Shown: positions 51,897 to 61,918, counted from the whole stretch's first letter. The stretch: 63,836 nt of DNA, filler included, from Gonapodya sp. JEL0774 (GCA_027604505.1; 3 parts of 3 records of this genome joined end to end with filler, not necessarily neighbours in it), one strand, 5' to 3'. Numbers and translations: made by a program. Notes: generated by a model from the letters alone, not told the origin.

Positions 51897-52829
51897 TTAC
51901 TCCATCACCTCCTCCTTGATTTCCTCCACAGACTCATTGCCCTTGGCCGTGGTTGGACCTTCGTGGAGACGGGCAACGCTGAATGCGAGAGCTCCAGCAG
52001 CTTGCTGGACAGCCTTGAGGTCCAGGTGCGAGTTGGCAACCAGGATTGCAGCATAAGGATCAGCCGCACCAGTAGCCAGGGCTGCGAATGCATTAGCTCC
52101 GCCAGCCAATGAGGGGAAGGTGAAGTGACCAGTTCCAGCAATCCCGACAAGCCTTGGCATCCCCCTAGAGATAGGTGGGGAGATGGTGTCGGTGAGTTCC
52201 GAAGACGTGTCGGATGCATCAGAGGCAAACTGGTTGCTGATGGTTACCAGATGAGCCTGGATGTCAGCTGGAGCGATAGTGAGAACGTTTTCGGTTTCAA
52301 TAGGTGCGGAAACTTGCTGAGTTTCACCGACGGTGTAGAGAGTATCCTGAATACGATCGAGAACCGCCTCAGCCTGTTCAACGAGGTGCATCTCCCTGGC
52401 CTTCTTATCCTGAAGCTTCTTAACGTCGATCTGAAGACGGTCCATCTCCACCGTCGCGGTTTGGATCGCCAACTTGGCTTCCTCGGATTCTTCTTGAAGG
52501 GTGGCGAGCAAATCTATCACGTCGTTCAACTCCCTCTGGAGGGTGTCTTCGTAGGCTTGCATCTCCTCGACATTGACCTTGAGCGTATTGATCTGTTTTT
52601 GCAGGCCCGCTTTCTGTGCCTGGAGGTTGGCGATGATGTTGTGAAGTTGGTGGGTTTTGCCTTGTAGGTATAGTGCATGCATCTTGCACCACTCGTAGCC
52701 TAGAATGGTGTTTGTAGCGATTTCATCCATCGCAGTTCGGTTGTCAAGAATGGCTTGAATATACTGAGTTGCATCAGTAGACACTGTCAGCTCAGCAGAA
52801 GAGGTGATGTCCTTGTCGTGTGGAGGCAT
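51897..52829 (-). CDS. Extra ORF downstream of pol (env position): coiled-coil protein of unknown function, ~310 aa
   Basis: Intact ORF on the same strand as gag-pol and inside the LTRs. It has a heptad-rich stretch (LHNIIANLQAQKAGLQKQINTLKVNVEEMQ...) and a Gly/Ala-rich apolar C-terminal part. Confidence 0.75.
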   Translation of the reverse strand: MPPHDKDITSSAELTVSTDATQYIQAILDNRTAMDEIATNTILGYEWCKMHALYLQGKTHQLHNIIANLQAQKAGLQKQINTLKVNVEEMQAYEDTLQRELNDVIDLLATLQEESEEAKLAIQTATVEMDRLQIDVKKLQDKKAREMHLVEQAEAVLDRIQDTLYTVGETQQVSAPIETENVLTIAPADIQAHLVTISNQFASDASDTSSELTDTISPPISRGMPRLVGIAGTGHFTFPSLAGGANAFAALATGAADPYAAILVANSHLDLKAVQQAAGALAFSVARLHEGPTTAKGNESVEEIKEEVME

Positions 52830-53018
52830 TGGTGAGTGTGGGAATTGCAACACGCTGGCTTGGTCACCAAAAGCTTAGTAACCGCAATACTAACCGTAGT
52901 GACGATTTCCTGCTGCATGGTCGTACGCTCTATGTTTGAGAGTTAATTTCCGTAAAGTTTCCCGATGTCTGGTGTCCGACACAATGAAGATGGAGCAACA
53001 TATTTGTTGCAAAACCGG

Positions 53019-54180
53019 TTACTGGAAGCCGACAGCCGGCTTGTCCGGGTCGATTGATCCAGTTATTTCAGGGCTGCAGATGGCACAGAGCCAGGCCGTG
53101 CGAGGTCTCTTCAATAAGTTTACGCATGCGAGGTGATATCCTCCTTCACAGTTCGTGCACACCAAAAGCCGTGACGCTTTTCTACCACATCCGGCGCATT
53201 TCCAAGAAGATGACTGTATAGGGACATTTGAGGAAGAACTTCCTCCAAGCTCGAGTGGTTCAGGTATATTTAGGGGCGTATGTGGAGTCGGGGAGTCCAA
53301 ACTCCTCGGGACGGCCGCAGGTACGGTTTGGGGGGAGACATCTTCTCTCAGCGCTTTGGTTTGGTATGGTCGCAGTCTCCATATGGGAATGGTTCCCCCC
53401 AGTACATTCATACCCTGATCATTCACTAGCTCTGCGTAGTTTTCTGTCAGTCTCCTTATAGAGAAAGGTCCAGTGAGCGTGGCCTCAAGCTTAGAGCCCT
53501 TTCTCTTTGTTGGTGCAATAGTTACCAGTACTTTCTGCCCTGCTGTAAAGTTAAACTTGAGGGCTTTTGTAGTTGCTTCTTCTTCTGCTATAGCGTCCCT
53601 TCTATCAGCTACTCGCCGCATCCGTTTTAAAGCTTCTTCCCGACTTCTTTCTAGCGCAGATGCCACATCTTTTACATACGCCTCGATTTGTTCCGCTGGT
53701 GGATCAATCCAACCATGGTCCTTGGTGCTTTGTTCTGTAGTTCCCAGCGTGGGTCCTTCAACCTCGTCGGCCGTCACACGCCTCTCATCCTCATGGGAGA
53801 CTTGAAAAGGTAATTTCGGGTTTCGTCCAAACATGAGACGGAATGGACTCATTTTTGTAACGGAATGTTTGCTGCAGTTATATCCGAAAGTCAGTCCGCT
53901 TACAAGGACGTCCCAATTCTCGCCCTCCGTATACTTTGATAGCGCATTCACTAAGGTTCCATTCCACTTCTCTTGTAGCCCGTTAGCTCTCGGATTATAA
54001 CCGGAGGTTACTCTTCTGTTTATGTTTCCCCGTTGCGATATTTCATTTATCAGTTCACACACAAACTCCCTGCCTCTATCACTTAAAAGTTCGTCTGGGG
54101 CGCCAAAAGTATGCATGATAGCCGGGAGGAAATGATTCTCGGCGATAGTTGCAGCCTCTTTGTTTGGAATTGAGTGTTGC
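53019..54180 (-). CDS. Integrase core C-half, GPY/F motif and C-terminal PHD finger (frameshifted from the upstream pol)
   Basis: LLSDRGREF, NGLQEKWN, SPFRLMFGR, LTGPFSI, and CAGC-x9-CTNC-x4-HLAC-x12-WLCAIC (C4HC3). Confidence 0.9.
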
Positions 54181-56790
54181 GATCGCCCATTTCGTGGCAG
54201 CACACGTTGATGCTACTATGAATCGATTTCCTCTAGCAGTGACCGGAAACGGCCCAATACAATCTATTGCCACTCTCTCAAAGGGGGTCATTGCCACCGG
54301 CAGGGATTTAATAAGTGGGGCTCTTGCCATTGGGCGGTGAGTTTGGCACTGATGACAGGATTCCACCCAACGATCAACTTGCTTCGACCATCCCGGCCAA
54401 TAGTACCTTTCGCTCACCAGAGCGCGCGTCCTCGGCTTCCCGAAATGTCCACACTCATCGTGGCAGTTCTGAATGATTTGGGATCTATCTTCCGGTGGTG
54501 GTACCACTCGCGGTGATTCAGCTCCGGGAGTTTGATACAGGATTTGCCCGTTGTCTCCGTGAGCAAATCGTTTCCATTTTCTTCCAAAAAGCCGTCTCTG
54601 GTCTATGCTAACATCTTCTGGTAGTTGTCCTGTCCTGAGGAATTCTCTGAAGTGAGGTTGAGTGAACGGGTCAAACTGATCACCTCCCTTCTTACCCTCA
54701 CGCTTGCGTTTCCCTTTCCCTACCACCTTTCCATCTTCACCCTCCTTGCCCTCTTTGAGACTTTCCCCTGAGCTGGATGCAGTATCTGAAGTTGTGGACC
54801 CGCTCTCCTGACTGGACAGGATGGTCTCTTGACTCATGAGGGATCCCTGCTCAATGGCCCTCTTGGTTTTCTCTTCTTCGTCATCTAATTTCTGTCTCTT
54901 GACTCTAGACTCATTCTCTTCCTTCAATATCTCTAATTCCCGCCTCGTCTCTTTGAAGAACTCCTGGTCTGGGTCAACCTCCATAGCTTCTAGGAGCTCT
55001 CGCATCTCTTCTCTACTCTCTTCGATTCCTGACGTCTCTGTATCACTTTCACTCAACGAATTTGAGGTGTGTTCTTCTGGGAGAGGTGTTTGCCCAGCAG
55101 GTGTGAGTGAAGAAGTGTCATCCTGGTATTCTGAATCGTCCTCGCCTGACATTTCCTCCATCTCTCGCTGGATGCGACTCCACAGGTTCTCGTTGTCACC
55201 CATATCTGACATAAAGATCGTTAAGTTGCTTTCTTTTGACTCGGTTTCATCCTCCTTTACGCTTAAGTCCTGTTCTCTCCAAGTCACCATCCTATGTTCA
55301 GTCTTCCTCCCTTTCTCCCCGCTGTCTTCTTCAACTGTTTCTCTCTTGATGGGTTCGGACTTCAGGCGGGCTGCCTCCTCAAGCTGCAGAGGGATGCGGC
55401 TCAGTCCGTCTGCTACAGTGTTCTTCCGTCCCTCCACATATCGAGGTATGATATCGAAGCTCTGAAGTTTATAGATCCAATTTGCTAACTTTCCATTTAC
55501 TGGTTTCTTGTATCCTCGCAATAGATCTCTTACCGGCTTGTGATCAGTTTTCAATATGAACGGGCGTCCATGTAACAGGTAGTGGAACTTCTCGGTTACC
55601 GCCCACAATACTGCATAGAATTCTAACTCTGTCGCTGGCCATTTCCTTTGGGCATCTGTCAGAGATTTCGAGGCATATGCGACCGGTCGCTCGATCTCGT
55701 TGTAAGGTTGTACGAGAACCGCCCCAAGTCCTAGTGCGCTGGCGTCAGTATAGAGGATAAACTCCTTTTGGAAATCTGGAGCGGCTAGAGCTGGAGCCTG
55801 TGTTACCAGCTCCTTCAAATGCTCGAATGCTTCCTGTTGCCGTTGTCCCCAGTGGAATGACTCGCCCTTCCTGGTGAGTTTTCGGAGTGGAAATGACGTG
55901 GAGGCAAAGTGATCAATGAACGGTTGGCAAAATGCTATGGTTTGTAAGAAGCTCATAATCTCCTTCGCGTCCTTTGGAAGTGGCCAATTGACAATCGCTG
56001 CCACCTTCTCATCGTCCAGAATGAGTCCGTCTCGACTGAGAACGAATCCAAGAATTGAGATCTTCTCATGACAGAACGTACACTTCGGTAATCGCACTTT
56101 CAATCCAGCTGATCCAAGAACGGTGAGTATAGCACGAAGTGTGTCCATTAGTTCTCGGAAAGTGTCTGCCCTAATGAAAATGTCATCGATGTAGTGTCGA
56201 ACATTGGAGAAGAGTGGCTCCTTCCGCCCATCAAACATACGAGTTATGATTTCCACAAAGGTAAATGGCGCATCTTTCAATCCTTGCGGCATTTTCAAAT
56301 ACTCATAGTTTCCCCATGGTGTGGTGAACGCCGTCTTGTATACATCGTCAGGATGTACCTTGATTTGGTGATACCCGGACGCCAGATCCATTGTGATATA
56401 GTACTTCGCGCCCTGTATCCATTGAAGGATCTCGTCCATGCGCGGGATCGGTATGTGTCCTCTCGTGTATATTTGTTGATTGAGTGTTCGGTAATCCACA
56501 ACTGGTCGTATACCCCCGTTCTTCTTAGGAACACATCTTGTCCGCGATAGGTATAGAGGATCTTTCGCCGGTCGTATTATTCCAACCGTCTCCAACCGAT
56601 CAATCTCTTTTCTCAGGACCTTCCGATCTGGCTCTGATAGAGGTAAATTTTGATGACGGAACCGACCAAAGTTGGGCATCAGTCGAATGCGATGGTAAGA
56701 ATCTGGGAGTATGCATGTCCCGAGGTCATATTGCGATACTGATAAACCGTCCTGATACTCCCACAGAATATCCTCGAGGATCTTCTTCTG
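54079..56790 (-). CDS. Pol: reverse transcriptase, RNase H, acidic linker, integrase HHCC and start of the core
   Basis: VPKKNGGIRPVVDYR, DLASGYHQI, MPQGL, YIDD; YTDAS, TELE, TDH, VADGLSR; HDECGH...CHQC; AIDCIGPFP. In frame with ORF1 across the TAG at 56791-56793. Confidence 0.95.
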   Translation of the reverse strand, partial: QKKILEDILWEYQDGLSVSQYDLGTCILPDSYHRIRLMPNFGRFRHQNLPLSEPDRKVLRKEIDRLETVGIIRPAKDPLYLSRTRCVPKKNGGIRPVVDYRTLNQQIYTRGHIPIPRMDEILQWIQGAKYYITMDLASGYHQIKVHPDDVYKTAFTTPWGNYEYLKMPQGLKDAPFTFVEIITRMFDGRKEPLFSNVRHYIDDIFIRADTFRELMDTLRAILTVLGSAGLKVRLPKCTFCHEKISILGFVLSRDGLILDDEKVAAIVNWPLPKDAKEIMSFLQTIAFCQPFIDHFASTSFPLRKLTRKGESFHWGQRQQEAFEHLKELVTQAPALAAPDFQKEFILYTDASALGLGAVLVQPYNEIERPVAYASKSLTDAQRKWPATELEFYAVLWAVTEKFHYLLHGRPFILKTDHKPVRDLLRGYKKPVNGKLANWIYKLQSFDIIPRYVEGRKNTVADGLSRIPLQLEEAARLKSEPIKRETVEEDSGEKGRKTEHRMVTWREQDLSVKEDETESKESNLTIFMSDMGDNENLWSRIQREMEEMSGEDDSEYQDDTSSLTPAGQTPLPEEHTSNSLSESDTETSGIEESREEMRELLEAMEVDPDQEFFKETRRELEILKEENESRVKRQKLDDEEEKTKRAIEQGSLMSQETILSSQESGSTTSDTASSSGESLKEGKEGEDGKVVGKGKRKREGKKGGDQFDPFTQPHFREFLRTGQLPEDVSIDQRRLFGRKWKRFAHGDNGQILYQTPGAESPRVVPPPEDRSQIIQNCHDECGHFGKPRTRALVSERYYWPGWSKQVDRWVESCHQCQTHRPMARAPLIKSLPVAMTPFERVAIDCIGPFPVTARGNRFIVASTCAATKWAIATLNSKQRGCNYRRESFPPGYHAYFWRPRRTFK

Positions 56791-59700
56791 CTATTCCGTC
56801 ACTATCGCCGCCATGGTCGCGTCTTTGACCTGTCGTCGGAGCTGCTTCATCCTGACCTGAGGATCCATGGGATCTTCATCATCTAATAGTACATCCTCCC
56901 CCTCACTGTCAATCCCCATGTTTGCGGCTTCGAATATGATAGGTGGGTAATCATTGCTCTGGCCTCGGCCTTCCTCATCAGATGATCCCGTCACATCAGT
57001 GGTAGCGTCGCTGAAATCTGAGAAGCTCGCATCATCTGATTCGATCAAAGATGATACGGTGGATTCGGTGTTGGACCTTGTGTCCCACAAATGAACAGAT
57101 AAGTCTTTGAGCAATTCTCTTTCATCCGTTGATAATGTCTCGCTTGGTCTGATCTTCCCTTTCCCCAAAACACTCCTGATCTCTAGTACTTTTCGCACCA
57201 GTCGCTTTGCCCGAATAAAAGTCGTATCGTGGCTCTTCTCCCAGACAAAACTGTCTGCTCGGGACAGCCGGACTAAAGGTTCGAGGTTTTCCATCATTAG
57301 TACTTCGATCACCTCATCATTTGGGCGATCTCCTTTCCAGAAGTCATTCACTGCGCGTAGGAAGTATCGCACTGCCTCTAGACTTAGTGGCGTGGGGAGA
57401 ACAAGTATGTCCGGAGCGGTGAGTCTTCTAGAGTACTCCCAATCCACTCGAGGCGTACAATCTTCTGGGAACTCTAACATTACGGCCATTGGGCGGTACT
57501 CCCTGCTCGGAAGCCTGACCCAAGACGGCCGTAAGATCCCGGATCTAACATCTGCATCACGCCCATATATCGGACGGACGCCGGTAACATTTGCCAAGTC
57601 AAATATGTCGGAGTCTTTTTCTGAATCCGAATCCTCCCCCCGTATCGATTCCTGATCAGGTGCATACTCCGCCGTCTCTACCGGTCCCGGTCTAAGGGGC
57701 TTAGCTTTTCGTGTCGCTTCACTATCTTCAACCTTCTTGACTAAATTCTTGGTGCGAAGAAATGACGAGTCGAGGGGCTCGGTCCATTCAAACGGTAAGT
57801 GTTGATTGACTGCGTATTCTCGCAACCTGTGTGTGACACTATAAATGACGCTACGGAAAACCCTTCTTCGCTGCATATCGCTCCTTGTATATGACGGGTA
57901 GAAGTTCTCCGAGTATTCTATACCATATCCGGGGATCTCTGTCTTCCTCAGCGCTACAAAGTCATCAACTACCTGAAGGAAACGCTCCAAGATCTCAAAA
58001 GTCCAGGGTGTCGGGTAACTGACTAAGACTTCATATACCTGGCTGGAGGTGAGGCCCCGTACGTGCTGTAATGCATTCGATGCTTCTGGCCAGCTTAACG
58101 CCAATTTCATTGCCCTCAGATACCTGTTCCGACACTTCAAGAGTGGTGGATCGTAATCACCGTTTTCGAGCTCTCTAACGTGAACTCCTAGAATGGGTCG
58201 AACAGGGAAGTCATCTGTCCCCAAGTTTTGCACCGTGTCTTGGTGATAGTCGTAACATGTGAGTTCAGTGGCTGTTTCAAGTTCCTCGTCCATTAATTCC
58301 ATATGTTCCTCACTTGAATCCTCCGATCCCCGGAAAAGAAAAACTGCCCTTTCCGTCTCGTCACTCTCTATTGTCTTTGGTGTAGTTGTGGTTGTAGTCG
58401 AACCGCCTACCTCAGATCCGTCTTCATACAAGGTGGGTTCTGAGACTACAGTAGATTCATCCTCCTCCGAGTCAAACTCCCCGGCTTCCCATGCCAAGTG
58501 CATTTGGGTCAATATGCCGAGTGCAAGATGAAACCATGTATATGAAGTACGGCTGCTAACCATGAATCGCGTGATCAAATTCTGTTTTAGGTTTTCATCT
58601 GACGTGTCGTATCCTATGGGCCAGTGGTCAGAAATCCCACGAGCAAAGATCCGCTGCTTCTGGAGGTTGGCGATTGCTTTGCTTGTTATGTCTATTGTTT
58701 CTAATATCACGGAAACTGAGTTCTTCTTGGTTACTGCCCAAGGATCGATTCCTGTTTCCCGTGGATCCCCATCATCCGGAATCACTTCAACAAGTGAACT
58801 CCACTGGGCCTCAAGTAGGCGATCTTCTTCATGTGGGTGTAAAAGACTTTGATTCCATCCTTGATCTATTATCGATATCGCCCAATGCTTGCGCAGGTTT
58901 TCGATCCTCTCCAAGATCATCACGGCATCCTCGATCCATGGGCCTACAAAATTGTGAAATTGCGTCAGCCACGTCCGAGCTAGTGGTACACGTCTCCTCA
59001 GCCCTGAGGGTGGTAAGATGAACCGGTGAATAACGCTTAAAAGTCCTTCGCATCCTGCTAACCGTTCTCCCATCACAACTAGGAGTCTTTCCATATCATG
59101 GATAGTCGCATATGCCTCGGTATGCTGCGCTTGGAAATGCAGATCCACGTCTTGTATCATAAGCACGTGTAAGTTTGATGTGTCAGTCCACGCTTGCTGG
59201 AAATCATGAATAAGCACGATCTCGTCTTCTACAGCTCTGATCTCCATCCCCGTCTGCATGACAGCCTTTGGGTGTTGAGGTGCAGTTGGCACCTTGGACA
59301 ACATCTCCGGAGTTGGCAGTACCTGTTCCGGGCTCACTGTGAGGTACATTGGTGGCTGCATTGGAGGAGGCCATACGTAAACAGGGCAGGGCACAGGGAC
59401 ATACATACACGGGATTATCGGGGGCTGCCACGAGACAACGGGATACTCAGGTTGCCATACGGAGGCCCTTTGATCGTCTTCAGTCACAACATCGGTTTCT
59501 CGTGCTGACTCCATGGTAGGTGCCCTTTCCTCACTGGTCCCGAGCTCCGATATGCAAACCGTGCTCTGTCCCTCTTCTGACGCGTTTTCTGCCTTTTCAA
59601 CTCTACTCCCTTCTAATAGATCTACACATTGTCCCTCTATAGACTTTGAGTGGTTCTCTTCCCGGCGGACTTTTAGAGGCATGGTGCTTTGAGTGCCTTC

Positions 59701-61593
59701 AGCAGACACAACGGTGAGCGTAAGTGCTTCGAAGTCGATCTTTGCTTTTGCCGCGTGCAACCAATCGTTCCCAACTAAGACCTTAAACCCTTTTGATTTC
59801 ACCACATAGACATCCACTCGTATTCCCACTCCTCCAAACTGGATCAACGACTTTCGGGCAATGGCTATCACTTCACCAAGCTCTTCCCCAGATGTGTGAT
59901 ACGGGATTGGATTGTCGATCTTAACACACTTGAGTTTGTACTCCTCGGCTGTGTCGATGGTTGCAATTGTGTTAGTGGCACCCGTGTCGATAATGAAATT
60001 TCCATCTTTTCCATTCAGAGTCCCTCTTGCTTTCGCCGTACCGAATCTCCCTTTTGCAACTGGTGGTTCGGGAGCTGGAGCCTTCATGTCGCTTACATCA
60101 GCATGGCTAACTTCTGCCGGACCTTCACGAGGAATGTAATCATACAAGGTATGTTTCACGTCATTCAGCATTGTAGGTTTCAGCTGGATAACCTGGAGCA
60201 GCGACGCATTTGCCGGCGTCTCGGCAAGTACCTTGATGATGTCGTATTCGTGAGGCCGCCGCTTCTTCTTAGGTGTTGATCGCCTTCTTCTATTATCATC
60301 TGCGTTCTGGGCAACTGGGGCAAGCGGAGGTGCTGGAGGGTGAGGGAGCGGCGGTGCCGGAGATGGAGCCCGTGGTTGAGCCCTTGAAGGGATTCCTCTT
60401 CGGACATTGTATCGTCGGCGCAAAGGTACGTCTTCCATTTCTAGATCGGAAGGAAATGCCTGCTGGCTTACTCGGCGGGACCGCTGTCGTGAATGAGCTA
60501 ATTCCTCATCTTCTGAGCTCACTTCCCTGTAACCCCTCTTTACAAATGCGTCTATCTCCTCATCATCCCAATACTCTTCTATAATCTCTCCCTCATCATC
60601 GCTATCATATTCTGAGCTAGTATCCCGGACAGAGTTCGAACCACGCAAATGGATGAGTCGAACAGAAGGTGAGTGTCCCCTATGATAGCGTGGCTCATAA
60701 TTGTCGTCAGATCCATGGTCTTGTAATCGTGCCTGATTGAGTGACAGGCGATCGAGTCTCCGCGCAAGATCACTGTCGGTTCCGGCCCCATGGCCATTAC
60801 CTTGGGCACGGTTCAAATTCGGTTGTTGCCGCAAGTCATTGTTAGGGCGGCGTTCGTATCCTGAGCGGTGCTGGGGGATGATAGGAATGTTATTGGGGTT
60901 ATGATAGTTGGTTTGCTGTTGAACCCATTTCCTAGCCTGATAGTTATCGCGATTATCATTGTAAGATCGATTGTAATCACGATTGTTATTGAACGGTCGA
61001 TAATTGTCATTCCTGTTGGTATTGTTATTGCCGGTTGGTGGCGACCTCGGATGGTTCGGCGGTTGATCGAATGAATATCCGGTTCCCCGCTCGGAGAAAC
61101 TTTCTGCTACTGTACGGATCACTGAAATTGCTTTACTTAGCGTATCAGGAGCCATCATTCTCACAAAAGGTTGGTACCGTTGTTGGAGACCGCCAATAAG
61201 AAGGGCAATCTTGGTGCTCTCGGTTGCTTCGTCGTCAAGATACTCCAAGATGTCCAGTTTGTCGTTGAGGTACCTGTCAACGGATTCAGACGAAGACTGC
61301 ATACGATTCATGGCCATCTGTAACAAATTTTGTTGCCAATTGCTCCCTCGGAATTCTTCCATAAATGCTGCTTTGAAAGAGGACCAAACGCTCTTCTTCT
61401 CTTCTGGGAGCCTCCCCTGGTACCAACGCCATGCATCACCATCAAAGTGAAGCGGAGCCTGTAAGCATTTATCTTCGTCAGTATATTTTGCTGCGCGAGC
61501 AGCAAGCTCAAACTTATTCATCCAGTCTCGGTGGCGAGAAGGATTTCCGTCGAACTCAGGAGCGATCCTCTTTGGTTCACGGAACGCGGACAT
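56791..61593 (-). CDS. Gag + aspartic protease + ~950-aa insert (1600 aa)
   Basis: EFDGNP...W..KFE...AWRWY...WSSFKAAF (Ty3-type capsid); IIDTGATNT and VLVGNDWL (retropepsin); long unexplained region after the protease. Confidence 0.9.
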   Translation of the reverse strand: MSAFREPKRIAPEFDGNPSRHRDWMNKFELAARAAKYTDEDKCLQAPLHFDGDAWRWYQGRLPEEKKSVWSSFKAAFMEEFRGSNWQQNLLQMAMNRMQSSSESVDRYLNDKLDILEYLDDEATESTKIALLIGGLQQRYQPFVRMMAPDTLSKAISVIRTVAESFSERGTGYSFDQPPNHPRSPPTGNNNTNRNDNYRPFNNNRDYNRSYNDNRDNYQARKWVQQQTNYHNPNNIPIIPQHRSGYERRPNNDLRQQPNLNRAQGNGHGAGTDSDLARRLDRLSLNQARLQDHGSDDNYEPRYHRGHSPSVRLIHLRGSNSVRDTSSEYDSDDEGEIIEEYWDDEEIDAFVKRGYREVSSEDEELAHSRQRSRRVSQQAFPSDLEMEDVPLRRRYNVRRGIPSRAQPRAPSPAPPLPHPPAPPLAPVAQNADDNRRRRSTPKKKRRPHEYDIIKVLAETPANASLLQVIQLKPTMLNDVKHTLYDYIPREGPAEVSHADVSDMKAPAPEPPVAKGRFGTAKARGTLNGKDGNFIIDTGATNTIATIDTAEEYKLKCVKIDNPIPYHTSGEELGEVIAIARKSLIQFGGVGIRVDVYVVKSKGFKVLVGNDWLHAAKAKIDFEALTLTVVSAEGTQSTMPLKVRREENHSKSIEGQCVDLLEGSRVEKAENASEEGQSTVCISELGTSEERAPTMESARETDVVTEDDQRASVWQPEYPVVSWQPPIIPCMYVPVPCPVYVWPPPMQPPMYLTVSPEQVLPTPEMLSKVPTAPQHPKAVMQTGMEIRAVEDEIVLIHDFQQAWTDTSNLHVLMIQDVDLHFQAQHTEAYATIHDMERLLVVMGERLAGCEGLLSVIHRFILPPSGLRRRVPLARTWLTQFHNFVGPWIEDAVMILERIENLRKHWAISIIDQGWNQSLLHPHEEDRLLEAQWSSLVEVIPDDGDPRETGIDPWAVTKKNSVSVILETIDITSKAIANLQKQRIFARGISDHWPIGYDTSDENLKQNLITRFMVSSRTSYTWFHLALGILTQMHLAWEAGEFDSEEDESTVVSEPTLYEDGSEVGGSTTTTTTPKTIESDETERAVFLFRGSEDSSEEHMELMDEELETATELTCYDYHQDTVQNLGTDDFPVRPILGVHVRELENGDYDPPLLKCRNRYLRAMKLALSWPEASNALQHVRGLTSSQVYEVLVSYPTPWTFEILERFLQVVDDFVALRKTEIPGYGIEYSENFYPSYTRSDMQRRRVFRSVIYSVTHRLREYAVNQHLPFEWTEPLDSSFLRTKNLVKKVEDSEATRKAKPLRPGPVETAEYAPDQESIRGEDSDSEKDSDIFDLANVTGVRPIYGRDADVRSGILRPSWVRLPSREYRPMAVMLEFPEDCTPRVDWEYSRRLTAPDILVLPTPLSLEAVRYFLRAVNDFWKGDRPNDEVIEVLMMENLEPLVRLSRADSFVWEKSHDTTFIRAKRLVRKVLEIRSVLGKGKIRPSETLSTDERELLKDLSVHLWDTRSNTESTVSSLIESDDASFSDFSDATTDVTGSSDEEGRGQSNDYPPIIFEAANMGIDSEGEDVLLDDEDPMDPQVRMKQLRRQVKDATMAAIVTE

Positions 61594-61918
61594 TGCAGAA
61601 GGAGTTTTGTAGCTTTGAATCTAAAAAGAGAATGTTTATGATAGTTGATACAGAGAATTTCTCCCTGTAGCGGCTCGCCAAATTGTGTACACGGGTTTCG
61701 AAAGTGTTCTCCGATACTAATTTGGTAGCTGTAAAAGGACTGTTGCACTCGCCAGCGACGGAAATAAAGTAGCCGTCACACTACTTTTCTACACGAACTA
61801 GTTTGTTTTCGGACCGAACAAAACCCGTTCAGAAGATGCGCAAGGTTCGTTGAATTCTCCCGCAGGATTGGATATGACCTTTCCCGCGTTTCTACCAGAT
61901 TTACTTACGTTCAACAGA

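Noticed and set aside
51897..52829. Calling the extra ORF a true envelope glycoprotein
   Set aside because: It has no signal peptide, furin site or clear TM anchor, so it is kept as an unknown accessory ORF.
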